Assembly: GCF_032444005.1 (NCBI RefSeq)
Contig: NC_091288.1
Location: forward strand, 8,804,001 to 8,868,000
Direction: 5' to 3'
Source of the DNA: Ranitomeya imitator
Lineage: Eukaryota
Length of the DNA stretch: 64,000 nucleotides
Position numbers and translations under genes: made by a program
The notes under the pieces: generated by a model
Seen by the model: the letters and a program-made list of their open reading frames with translations, nothing else
Databases searched by the model: none
What the model was told of the DNA's origin: nothing
Part shown: positions 21,200 through 33,500 of the stretch, piece by piece
Numbering within the stretch: position 1 is the stretch's first letter
Layout: each line of letters opens with the position of its first letter

Positions 21200-22412
21200 G
21201 ACACGACAGCGAGTAACTACAGGGGCAGCCAAGGACAGGGGTCACTGACAGCGAGTAACTACAGGGGCAGCCAAGGACAGGGGTCACTGACAGCGAGTAA
21301 CTACAGGGGCAGCCCAGGACAGGGGTCACTGACAGCGAGTAACTACAGGGGCAGCCCAGGACAGGGGTCACTGACAGCGAGTATCTACAGGGGCAGCCCA
21401 GGACAGGGGTCACTGACAGCGAGTAACTACAGGGGCAGCCAAGGACAGGGGTCACTGACAGCGAGTAACTACAGGGGCAGCCCAGGACAGGGGTCACTGA
21501 CAGCGAGTATCTACAGGGGCAGCCCAGGACAGGGGTCACTGACAGCGAGTAACTACAGGGGCAGCCAAGGACAGGGGTCACTGACAGCGAGTAACTACAG
21601 GGGCAGCCCAGGACAGGGGTCACTGACAGCGAGTATCTACAGGGGCAGCCCAGGACAGGGGTCACTGACAGCGAGTAACTACAGGGGCAGCCCAGGACAG
21701 GGGTCACTGACAGCGAGTAACTACAGGGGCAGCCCAGGACAGGGGTCACTGACAGCGAGTAACTACAGGGGCAGCCCAGGACAGGGGTCACTGACAGCGA
21801 GTAACTACAGGGGCAGCCCAGGACAGGGGTCACTGACAGCGAGTAACTACAGGGGCAGCCCAGGACAGGGGTCACTGACAGCGAGTAACTACAGGGGCAG
21901 CCAAGGACAGGGGTCACTGACAGCAAGTAACTACAGGGGCAGCCAAGGACAGGGGTCACTGACAGCGAGTAACTACAGGGGCAGCCCAGGACAGGGGTCA
22001 CTGACAGCGAGTAACTACAGGGGCAGCCCAGGACAGGGGTCACTGACAGCAAGTAACTACAGGGGCAGCCAAGGACAGGGGTCACTGACAGCGAGTAACT
22101 ACAGGGGCAGCCAAGGACAGGGGTCACTGACAGCGAGTAACTACAGGGGCAGCCCAGGACAGGGGTCACTGACAGCGAGTATCTACAGGGGCAGCCCAGG
22201 ACAGGGGTCACTGACAGCGAGTATCTACAGGGGTCACTGACAGCGAGTAACTACAGGGGCAGCCCAGGACAGGGGTCACTGACAGCGAGTTTCTACAGGG
22301 GCAGCCCAGGAGAGGGGTCACTGACAGCAAGTAACTACAGGGGCAGCCCAGGACAGGGGTCACTGACAGCGAGTATCTACAGGGGCAGCCCAGGACAGGG
22401 GTCACTGACAGC
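21200..22412. repeat. Minisatellite, 42-bp unit (gacagcgagtaactacaggggcagcccaggacaggggtcact), ~29 copies, in TMEM177 intron
   Basis: Read directly. It gives a 14-aa periodic ORF. Confidence 0.96.
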
Positions 22413-22599
22413 AGGCAGCCAACAATGGGGACACAGGGGACTACGGAGCGGCAGCACCTCACTGCACAGCACCCTCAGGAAACGAAGGCCAAGACCCCAA
22501 TAATCATCAGCCTGGAGCCCCCCGGACACGGAACCCGCAAACAACCACAATACGTGCAGGATACTATATATGTCCCGACACTGTAAGCCGCTATCGCGA

Positions 22600-22800
22600 T
22601 AAATGCCAGCAGCTGCCCCGACTCCGGCTCTGACCTCCAACACGTGCAGCTTCTGCGACCGTAAAGCGCGACCGGAAGAACTCGTGCAGATGACGCTGCG
22701 TTCCAGTGACGCGGGCGCAGTGACGTCACGCAATGGACACGTTGTATCAGTTCAGTTGTGTAACAACAGAGAGCGCTGTAGACGGCGACGACAGAAGATG
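22600..22800. promoter_or_regulatory. CpG-rich promoter region of TMEM177 with an ETS/GABP-like site (CCGGAAG, 22672-22678) and a full CRE (TGACGTCA, 22721-22728)
   Basis: Local CpG density plus the motifs, plus half-CREs TGACG at 22691 and 22707. It lies upstream of the TMEM177 acceptor. Exon 1 boundaries were not resolved. Confidence 0.6.
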
Positions 22801-22824
22801 TCGAGATCCCCCAGATTGTTTGTG

Positions 22825-23718
22825 ATCCCACCTGACCCTGTGTGAGCCCTCTGGACCCTGGCCTGAATGATCGCCCCGGCCCCTGTGTAATCCCTTCGGA
22901 TCCTCTGTGATCTTCCCAGACCCTGTGTGATCGCCCTGGACCCTGTGTGATCCTATGTGATCGTCCCAGACCCTGTATGATCCCTCCAAACCCTGTGTGA
23001 TCACCTCAGACCCCGTGCGATCCCTCTGGACCCCGTGTGATTGCCCCTGAACCTGTGTAATCCCTCTGGACCCCGTGCGATCCCTCTGGACCCCGTGTGA
23101 TTGCCCCTGACCCTGTGCGATCCCTCTTGACCCCGTGTTATTGCCCCTGACCCCGTGCGATCCCTCTGGACCCCGTGCGATCCCTCTGGACCCTGTGCGA
23201 TTGACCCTGACCCTGTGATCCCTACGGATCCCATGCGATCTCTTCGGACCCCGTGCGATCTCTCCGGACCCCGTGCGATCCCTCTGGACCCTGTGCGATT
23301 GCCCCTGACCCTGTGTGATCTCTCCGGACCCTGTGCGATCTCTCCGGACCCCGTGCGATCTCTCCGGACCCCGTGCGATCCCTCTGGACCCTGTGCGATT
23401 GCCCCTGACCCTGTGCGATTGCCCCTGACCCTGTGCGATTGCCCCTGACCCTGTGTGATCTCTCCGGACCCCGTGCGATCTCTCCGGACCCCGTGCGATC
23501 CCTCTGGACCCTGTGCGATTGCCCCTGACCCTGTGCGATTGCCCCTGACCCTGTGCGATTGCCCCTGACCCTGTGTGATCTCTCCGGACCCCGTGCGATC
23601 TCTCCGGACCCCGTGCGATCTCTCCGGACCCCGTGCGATCTCTCCGGACCCCGTGCGATCCCTCTGGACCCTGTGCGATTGCCCCTGACCCTGTGCGATC
23701 TTTCCGGACCCCGTGTGA
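22825..23718. repeat. Minisatellite, 20-bp unit (gaccccgtgcgatctctccg and variants), ~44 copies
   Basis: Read directly. Confidence 0.94.
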
Positions 23719-24556
23719 GCTCTCGTCAGATCAGATGTGTAATCTGGAGGATGGATGTTTTCTGCTTTTCTCCCTGTGATTACTGATAATTGTGATGGAT
23801 TTGAGCCCCGGTGGGGACAGAGACGTTGGTGTCTGTACAGCGCTGTGGAATGTGCTGGCGCTATATCAATAAGAACAATGAATGATATCTTAATTTCTCT
23901 GTTATTAGGAGGCGCTGTACGCGCTGGTGATGTTTTCTGACCAGTGAGGACAGCGTCCGTCAGATATGGCAGAAACAAATAGAAAACCTGACAGAAGCCA
24001 TTATGAATCCTGAGGACCAATTAGTGCTGATTGGGATCCATGGTAAAATAGATCCGTTCTAGGCGGCCGGACGCTGCTGTGAATGAAGACCCCGGTGTTA
24101 ATAGACACTTAGGTGGGTCCTTCGTGGTGGTCTGTCGGCGGCGCCCCCATCGGCTGGCACAGCGTATTACTGTCAGTAATCTATGGGTAAAGGAGCCGGG
24201 CTGTGGGGTCAGCGAGCCAAACCTCCGACTCCGCACCTTCCCTGACTCCATCGCCCGGTCACCACTGACCCCCACATAAAGAGCAGCAGAGTCCGGGAAA
24301 AGCCGAGATCAGGAACAGAACTGACATTTCCGAACTTCCCAGATTACTATGGAACCAGCACGTCCTGCACTGAACTACTGCACCCAGCGTGTTATATATG
24401 ATAGGAGTCCGAGTCGCTCACGTTTATACCGACTCCACCAAGCTGGACCCGACTCCACAGCCCTGAGCAGCAGTGCAGTGGTTCTGCCGCTTTTGTGACC
24501 TGACGTGATATTCTGACAACGCACATGTGACCGCTGCAGCCAATCACTGGCCCTAA

Positions 24557-24953
24557 GGCTGTGTGCACACGTTGTGGAATTACTGCGGATCCGCAGCGTT
24601 TTTTTTCCCGCGCAGAAACGCTGCAGATCCGCAAAGTGACTTACAGTACAATGTAAATCAATAGGAAAAAAAAAATGCTGTGCTAATGGTCTGGAAAATT
24701 CCGCATGGAAAACACAGCGGGTTGAAAGAAGGAGCATGTGAGTTATTTGTGCGGATCTGCAGCGTTTTTGTACCCATTCCATTATTGAAACCCGCAGGGG
24801 TAAAAAATGCATGAAATCCACACAAAATCCGCAACAAAAACGCACAAAATCCGCATAAAAAGCGCATCAAATCTGCACCTGCGTTTTCTGCCAGGAGATG
24901 CAGATTGTTTGCAGAAAATTCTGCACCCCAATCTGCAATGTGTGCACATCGCC
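24557..24953. mobile_element. Harbinger-type MITE inserted into an older palindromic MITE
   Basis: TIRs GGCTGTGTGCACACGTTG / GGCGATGTGCACACATTG (rc). Flanks TAA and TCA. Host arms gtgaccgctgcagccaatc and gattggctgcagtggtcac lie on either side. Confidence 0.7.
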
Positions 24954-25227
24954 TCACAGTGAAGTGTGCAGGACAGTATGTGACTATTGAGGCCTGCGAT
25001 TGGCTGCAGTGGTCACGTGTATGGTTGCAATGCTATCACTCGTGGACTGTCGGGACCTCTGGACTGGTTGATACATTTGCAGGTGAAGTTTTGTGGCATT
25101 TTCATGCTTCCTCTACTTTGTCCTAACTTTATAAAAAGCGAGCACAGATCAGAGGAGTCGGCCAACCCTGCTGTACTGGGTTGAATCGGATGACTCTTTA
25201 AAGGGGCTGAGTCGGATGACTCCTTAA

Positions 25228-25570
25228 AGGGGTTGGCCATGACTTTTTATTGTAGTTGTATCTTTAGGATAAATCCTCCATTTCTGATCAGTGGGGTGGG
25301 ATTCTGGGCACCCCGCCAATCAGCTGTTAGCACCATCAGCCGCAGATTTTCGAATTCTGTCGTTGCTCAGTGGCGCCATCATTTATATAGTGGTTGCGGC
25401 TCGGCACTGCAGATAAACTCCTTATTCCAATGACTATGTGGTGGATCTCTAACACTGTAGCTCTGGGCTCCGGCAGCATCTGACAACCTGGCTCTGGTAA
25501 CAGCTGATGGGGTGCTGGGGGTCCCATCCCCACCAATCAGATATTAATGGCAGTGGCCAGGCGGAAGGGT
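25228..25570. mobile_element. Degenerate TTAA-AGGGG (T2/Kolobok-like) MITE fragment
   Basis: Begins TTAA|AGGGGTTGGCC. Internal inverted cagctg..ggg/ccc..ccaatcag arms. Right terminus not clear. Confidence 0.4.
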
Positions 25571-26167
25571 TGTGCATGTTGAATGTCAGCATGCTCCATC
25601 CTTTGTCCCCATGGAAGATGAACCACATGTTCATGTGTGTGCGGGGGAGAGGAGCAGATGACTGAGGCCGTTCTCAGCCCTTATTCACATTATGTCAGGT
25701 GACTTATTAATGCTGTGGGTTAGGACCGTCCCGAGTAGGGTCACCGTGACGCGGTTGGACAGCGAATACGTAATGTTAACCCAGCACCCAATATTATTTT
25801 CATGATCTGTTGCCGTTTATTTACTGCAGGGCACTTGCTCTTTTTGTCTCGGGTTTTGTACTTGTTTGGGCAGCTTTTTTGGGGTGTCTTGATTTTTTTG
25901 GGGTGATTTAGGGTTGGAGTCTTCATTCTCAAGGTAGAAAACATAACATTGTATCACATTATCGTGTAATCTCTCACGAAGGTTCCGCAAATGTCAATCA
26001 TCCTATGATCGTCCTCGAGATGAGCCGCAGCAGCCGTCCTATGTCGTGAAGACCAGCAGAGGACGCTCATTGCCCAGGGAACATTCCAGAAAACTGGTGC
26101 AGGAGGCTTGGGGACTCATCATTCATCCTTTTGCCACTTCTGCACGTTCTCTGAGGAAGGGACCTAA

Positions 26168-28285
26168 GGGTATGTGCCCACCATCAGGAGTAGCTCAGGA
26201 TTTGGGAGTTTAGGCGACTTTCACACTTCTGTTTTCTGGGGTCCGTCGTGGTGCAGTAAAATGACGTTTCGACGTACGTCATGAAAATAGGTAAAACCGT
26301 GTGCGACGGATCCATCGTACAGAAATTCAGAGAGAGATCCCCCTCTAGATTTGGAAATCCTCCTTCTGGTCCTGTGTGTGACGGTCAGCGACGGATCCTG
26401 CTCCCATAGGCTTCCATTGTAGCCGACGACGGGCAGCACAGGATGCGTCGCTGAGCGATTTTCCGACGTGCACAAAAAACGTTACAATGAACGTTCTCTG
26501 CACAACGGACCGCTATTTTACGACGGATCCAGTGCACAACGGATGAAACGGATCGCCATCCGCCGTTAATACAAGTCTATGGGAAAATGCAGGATCCTGC
26601 AAATCACAGGAATCCAGTTTTCCCCTTCTGAGCATGCCCGGAAGGAGGATTTTCAAGTCTGGGGGATCTCCCTCCCTCTCCCGGAATTTCTGTACGACGG
26701 ATCCGTCATTACACTGGATCCGTCGCACACGTTTTTACCTATTTTAATGACGTACGTCGATATGTCATTTTACTGCACCACGACGGACCCCAGAAAACGG
26801 AAGTGTGAAAGTCGCCTAATACAAGTCTATGGGAAAATGCAGGATCCTGCATTCTCAAAAATCGACGGATTGTGACGGATCTGAAAAGACAGAAGTGTGA
26901 AAGAATCCGTCACAATGCGTCGGCGTAAATAGTGAAAAACGGATGCAACGCATTCAGTATTTTGACGGATCTGCTAGACGGTTCTGTCGAAAAACTGGGT
27001 CCGTTTCATCCGTTTTTTTGATGGATCCATTTTCCATCCATTTTTGGGAGTCTCCAAAATGTGATTGGCTACTGGAAAATAGGGAAACCAATATATTAGC
27101 TGGCCGGCTGTCTTCAGGCTGGATGCTTTGTTCAGGCTGGCGGGAGTCTTGTTGGCACATTTGGGGGTGACGCCCCAGGCCAGGTTTATATAGATTGGGG
27201 GCCTGTCTGGCCTATTGGCTACAAATTCCTGATTCTGAGCATGCTCAGTGTAAAAAAACGGATTCCAGCGCTGGATTCCGTCATACGACGTGTCACGACA
27301 GATCCTATGTCCATAGACTTCCATTCTAGTCAACGACATATGCTGCAGGATCCGTCGCGACACGTTTTCCCGACGCAGACAAAAAACGTTACATTGAACG
27401 CTTCTTCCAGACGACGGCCCACCAAAACACGACGGATGTGACGTGTGGCCATCCGCCGCGATCTGTCGCTAATACAAGTCTATGGGAAAAAAACGGATCC
27501 TGCGGGCACATTTGCATGATCCGTTTTTTTCCCAAAACGACGCGTTGCAACAGATCTGAAAAGACGGAAGCGTGAAAGAGGCCTTAGGCTGCTTTTATTT
27601 TTGGCAGAAAAACCTGGTTTCTTGGCAGGAAAGAAGCTGCAGCAAAAACAGGTTTAGGCTCTGTGCACACGTTGCAGATCAGGCTTAGGAATTTCTGGTG
27701 CGGATTCTGCTCTCCTGGCAGAAAACGCACCTGCGGACTTTGTGCGTTTTTGCTGTGGTTTTCTTGCGGATTTGCTGCGTTTTTTACCCCTGCGGTTTTC
27801 TATAATGGAATGGGTACAAAAACGCTGCAGATTCACAAAAAAGAAGGGACATGCTACTTCTTTTAAACCGCAGCGTTTCCGCAGTGGATTTTCCACAAAG
27901 TGTGCACAGCATTTTTTTTCTCATTGATCTGCAGCGGTTCTGCACCGCAAAAAATGCTGCGGATCCGCAGAGAATCCGCAACGTGTGCACATACCCTTAG
28001 GCGCATTTTGTGCATTTTTTTGTCTAACTTGCGTCTCTTTGTCCATGACATTTCTGCAGAAAAAAGCTGCAAATAATGATCCCACTTATTCAAGCCAATG
28101 GGTGAAAAACGCAGCAAAAACGCGGAAAGAAGTGACATCTATGTGCCAAAAAGCAGCAAAGCACAAGGTCCGGATGACCAGAACCCACTGTGTGCAGGAG
28201 ATTTCTGAGATCTCATTGGTTTTGCTGGAACTGTAAAAAGCAGCTGAAAATCAGCATCAAAAGCGCCAGTGTGAACACGCACAGA
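26168..28285. mobile_element. Nested cluster of Harbinger-type MITEs (outer element carrying two inserts)
   Basis: Outer left end TAA|GGGTATGTGCCCAC. Insert 26213-27583 is flanked by TTA/TTA. Insert 27657-27996 is flanked by TTA/TTA. The outer right end near 28285 is degenerate. Confidence 0.7.
27657..27996. mobile_element. Harbinger-type MITE, 340 bp
   Basis: TIRs GGCTCTGTGCACACGTTGC / GGGTATGTGCACACGTTGC (rc). TTA TSD at 27654-27656 and 27997-27999. Same family as 24557-24953. Confidence 0.82.
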
Positions 28286-28491
28286 TCTGCCTCTGAGCTC
28301 GCTGGCAGCTCAGCTGCGGTTTTAATGTGAGTTTTCATTGCATGCGATTTTTTTGTCACTTGAAATAAAGCTAATTGAAAGTTGGCTTCTGGGAAGGAAA
28401 AAAAAGTGATTTCCAGTTTGCAGATATATTGGGGTTTGTTCCCACGGTCAGTGGACGCTGCGTGCATCTGTTACAGCAAGAAATATGGTCC

Positions 28492-29933
28492 TTACATGAA
28501 TTTCTGGGGGCGTGTCTTATTTATTTCTGGGGGCGTGTCTTACTTATTTCTGGGGGCGTGTCTTACATTTATTTCTGGGGACGTGTCTTACATGAATCTC
28601 TGGGGGCGTGTCTTATTTATTTCTGGGGGCGTGTCTTACATGAATTTATGGGGGCGTATCTTTATTTCTGGGGGCGTGTCTTACATGAATTTATGGGGGC
28701 ATGTCTTACATGAATTTATGGGGGCGTGTCTTACATGAATTTATGGGGGCGTGTCTTTATTTCTGGGGGCGTGTCTTACATGAATTTATGGGGGCGTGTC
28801 TTACATGAATTTATGGGGGCGTGTCTTACATTAATTTATGGGGGCGTGTCTTACATGAATTTATGGGGGCGTGTCTTACATGAATTTATGGGGGCGTGTC
28901 TTACATGAATTTATGGGGGCGTGTCTTACATGAATTTATGGGGGCGTGTCTTTATTTCTGGGGGCGTGTCTTACATAAATTTATGGGGGCGTGTCTTACA
29001 TGAATTTCTGGGGGCGTGTCTTACATGAATTTATGGGGGCGTGTCTTACATGAATTTATGGGGGCATGTCTTACATGAATTTATGGGGGCATGTCTTACA
29101 TGAATTTATGGGAGCATGTCTTGCATGAATTTCTGGGGGTGTATCTTATTTATTTCTGGGGGCGTGTCTTAGATGTATTTTTCTGGGGGCGTGTCTTAGA
29201 TGTATTTTTCTGGGGGCGTGTCTTACATTTATGGGGGCGTGTCTTACATAAATTTATGTGGGCATGTCTTACGTTTATTTATGGGGCGAGTCTTACATAA
29301 ATTTATGGGGGCGTGCCTTACCTGAATTTATGGGTGTATCTTATTTCTTTCTGGGGGCGTGTCTTACATGAATTTCTGGGGCATGTCTTACATTTATTTA
29401 TGGGGCGTGTCTTACATATATTTCTGGGGGCGTGCCTTACATTTATTTATGGGGGTGTGTCTTTACAGGAATTTATGGGTGTGTCTTACATCAATTCCTG
29501 GGCCTTGTCTTACACGAATGTATGGGGGCGTGTCTTACATTAACACCTGGGGGTGTGCCTTGCATGGATTTCTGGGGGCGTGTCTTACATTAACACCTGG
29601 GGGTGTGCCTTGCATGGATTTCTGGGGGTGTGTCTTGCATGGATTTCTGGGGGTGTGTCTTGCATGGATTTCTGGGGGTGTGTCTTTACAGGAATTTATG
29701 GGTGTGTCTTACATTAATTCCTGGGCCTTGTCTTACACGAATGTATGGGGGCGTGTCTTACATTAACACCTGGGGGTGTGCCTTGCATGGATTTCTGGGG
29801 GTGTGTCTTGCATGGATTTCTGGGGGTGTGTCTTGCATGGATTTCTGGGGGTGTGTCTTGCATGGATTTCTGGGGGTGTGCCTTGCATGGATTTCTGGGC
29901 GTGTGTCTTGCATGGATTTCTGGGGGCGTGTCT
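28492..29933. repeat. Minisatellite, 25-bp unit (gggggcgtgtcttacatgaatttat drifting to gggggtgtgtcttgcatggatttct), ~58 copies
   Basis: Read directly. Confidence 0.94.
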
Positions 29934-30573
29934 TCAACCTTCTTTGCAGTGACCCTGTGAACAATGCCCCCTTAATAAAGACCATACAAATTAGCGCTGA
30001 ATATAAACGCCCATAACTCGGGAGTTGTATGGCGGAATTTAAAAACAAAGAAAGCTGAATACTGGGGAAGCGATAGGAATAATGACAGAGGAAACCTCCG
30101 CTCCTCTCCGGGGACAGATCCTTCGCTCCACGTCTCTAATGGCGATTCCTGCGCAGATTGCGGCGCCGTCCGTCCTCCACATGAGTCTTGTGCCGGTCCT
30201 TGTTCTGCCCGATACATCGTGTTCTCAGTGATTCCAGCTGTTTATCACACATTATTGTTTGGCTTTCGCAGCTGCTGCCTGGCATTGAGTGTCGTTGTCC
30301 AGGGTTTTGGGCAGTGATGATGTCACCTCTATAAGATATAATGGCCGCGTTACTGTAGATGACATCACGGCGATTCCTGGTGAATACGGGAGATCACAGG
30401 ACGGCTCATTCACAGCTCTGCTACATGTCACAGCGATCTACTACATCTGAAATCATCAGCATCAATGTAATGATCAAAAGTCATAGAAAGCCGGATCCTG
30501 CAAAACGGTGAAGAAGAATCGAATAAAGACTGCGACTAACAGACGAGCGGAGACCTAAAATTAACCGTACTGA

Positions 30574-33500
30574 GTATCTAATCCTAACATATGTGATACT
30601 GTCTGCTGAGCCGTGTATCTAATCCTCTCCTGTGTGATACTGACTGCTGAGCCGTGTATCTAATCCTCTCCTGTGTGATACTGTCTGCTGAGCCGTGTAT
30701 CTAATCCTCTCCTGTGTGATACTGACTGCTGAGCCGTGTATCTAATCCTCTCCTGTGTGATACTGTCTGCTGAGCCGTGTATCTAATCCTCTCCTGTGTG
30801 ATACTGACTGCTGAGCCGTGTATCTAATCCTCTCCTGTGTGATACTGTCGTCTGAGCCGTGTATCTAATCCTCTCCTGTGTGATACTGTCTGCTGAGCCG
30901 TGTATCTAATTCTCTCCTGTGTGATACTGTCTGCTGAGCCGTGTATCTAATCCTCTCCTGTGTGATACTGACTGCTGAGCCGTGTATCTAATCCTCTCCT
31001 GTGTGATACTGTCTGCTGAGCCGTGTATCTAATCCTCTCCTGTGTGATACTGTCTGCTGAGCCGTGTATCTAATCCTATCATGTGTGATACTGACTGCTG
31101 AGCAGTGTATCTAATCCTCTCCTGTGTGATACTGTCTGCTGAGCCGTGTATCTAATCCTCTCCTGTGTGATACTGTCTGCTGAGCCGTGTATCTAATCCT
31201 GTCCTGTGTGATACTGTCTGCTGAGCTGTGTATCTAATCCTCTCCTGTGTGATACTGTCTGCTGAGCCGTGAATCTAATCCTCTCCTGTGTGATACTGTC
31301 TGCTGAGCCGTGTATCTAATCCTCTCCTGTGTGATACTGTCTGCTGAGCCGTGTATCTAATCCGTGATACTGACTGCTGAGCAGTGTATCTAATCCTCTC
31401 CTGTGTGATACTGTCTGCTGAGCCGTGTATCTAATCCTCTCCTGTGTGATACTGTCTGCTGAGCCGTGTATCTAATCCTATCCTGTGTGATACTGTCTGC
31501 TGAGCCGTGTATCTAATCCTCTCCTGTGTGATACTGTCTGCTGAGCCGTGTATCTAATCCTATCCTGTGTGATACGGTCTGCTGAGCCGTGTATCTAATC
31601 CGCTCCTGTGTGATACTGTCTGCTGAGCCGTGTATCTAATCCTATCCTGTGTGATACTGTCTGCTGAGCCGTGTATCTAATCCTATCTTGTGTGATACGG
31701 TCTGCTGAGCCGTGTATCTAATCCTCTCCTGTGTGATACTGTCTGCTGAGCCGTGTATCTAATCCGCTCCTGTGTGATACTGTCTGCTGAGCCGTGTATC
31801 TAATCCTATCCTGTGTGATACTGTCTGCTGAGCCGTGTATCTAATCCTATCCTGTGTGATACGGTCTGCTGAGCCGTGTATCTAATCCTCTCCGGTGTGA
31901 TACTGTCTGCTGAGCCGTGTATCTAATCCTATCCTGTGTGATACTGTCTGCTGAGCTGTGTATCTAATCCTATGCTGTGTGATACTGTCTGCTGAGTTGT
32001 GTATCTAATCCTATCCTGTGTGATACTGACTGCTGAGCCGTGTATCTAATCCTATGCTGTGTGATACTGTCTGCTGAGTTGTGTATCTAATCCTATACTG
32101 TGTGATACTGATTGCTGAGCCGTGTATCTAATCCTATCCTGTGTGATACTGTCTGCTGAGCCGTGTATCTAATCCTATCCTGTGTGATACTGACTGCTGA
32201 GCTGTGTATCTAATCCTATCCTGTGTGATACTGTCTGCTGAGCCGTGTATCTAATCCTCTCCTGTGTGATACTGTCTGCTGAGCCGTGTATCTAATCCGC
32301 TCCTGTGTGATACAGTCTGCTGAACCGTGTATCTAATCCTCTCCTGTGTGATACTGACTGCTGAGCCGTGTATCTAATCCTCTCCTGTGTGATACTGACT
32401 GCTGAGCCGTGTATCTAATCCTCTCCTGTGTGATACTGACTGCTGAGCCATGTATCTAATCATCTCCTGTGTGATACTGACTGCTGAGATGTGTATCTAA
32501 TCCTCTCCTGTGTGATACTATCTGCTGAGATGTGTATCTAATCCTCTCCTGTGTGATACTGACTGCTGAGCCGTGTATCTAATACTATCCTGTGTGATAC
32601 TGTCTGCTGAGATGTGTATCTAATCCTCTCCTGTGTGATACTGTCTGCTGAGCTGTGTATCTAATCCTATCCTGTGTGATACTGACTGCTGAGCCGTGTA
32701 TCTAATCCTCTCCTGTGTGATACTGTCTGCTGAGCCGTGTATCTAATCCTCTCCTGTGTGATACTGTCTGCTGAGCCGTGTATCTAATCCTCTCCTGTGT
32801 GATACTGACTGCTGAGCCGTGTATCTAATCCTCTCCTGTGTGATACTGACTGCTGAGCCGTGTATCTAATCCTCTCCTGTGTGATACTGACTGCTGAGCC
32901 GTGTATCTAATCCTCTCCTGTGTGATACTGACTGCTGAGCCGTGTATCTAATCCTCTCCTGTGTGATACTGACTGCTGAGCCGTGTATCTAATCCTATCC
33001 TGTGTGATACTGACTGCTGAGCCGTGTATCTAATCCTATCCTGTGTGATACTGACTGCTGAGCCGTGTATCTAATCCTCTCCTGTGTGATACTGACTGCT
33101 GAGCCGTGTATCTAATCCTATCCTGTGTGATACTGTCTGCTGAGATGTGTATCTAATCCTCTCCTGTGTGATACTGACTGCTGAGCCGTGTATCTAATCC
33201 TCTCCTGTGTGATACTGACTGCTGAGCCGTGTATCTAATCCTCTCCTGTGTGATACTGACTGCTGAGCCGTGTATCTAATCCTATCCTGTGTGATACTGA
33301 CTGCTGAGCCGTGTATCTAATCCTCTCCTGTGTGATACTGTCTGCTGAGCCGTGTATCTAATCCTCTCCTGTGTGATACTGTCTGCTGAGCCGTGTATCT
33401 AATCCTCTCCTGTGTGATACTGCCTGCTGAGCCGTGTATCTAATTCTCTCCTGTGTGATACTGACTGCTGAGCCGTGTATCTAATCCTATCCTGTGTGAT

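Noticed and set aside
22798-22845. ATG on the + strand at the TMEM177 promoter (MSRSPRLFVIPPDPV*)
   Set aside because: Only 15 codons, no convincing donor, and it runs into a minisatellite.
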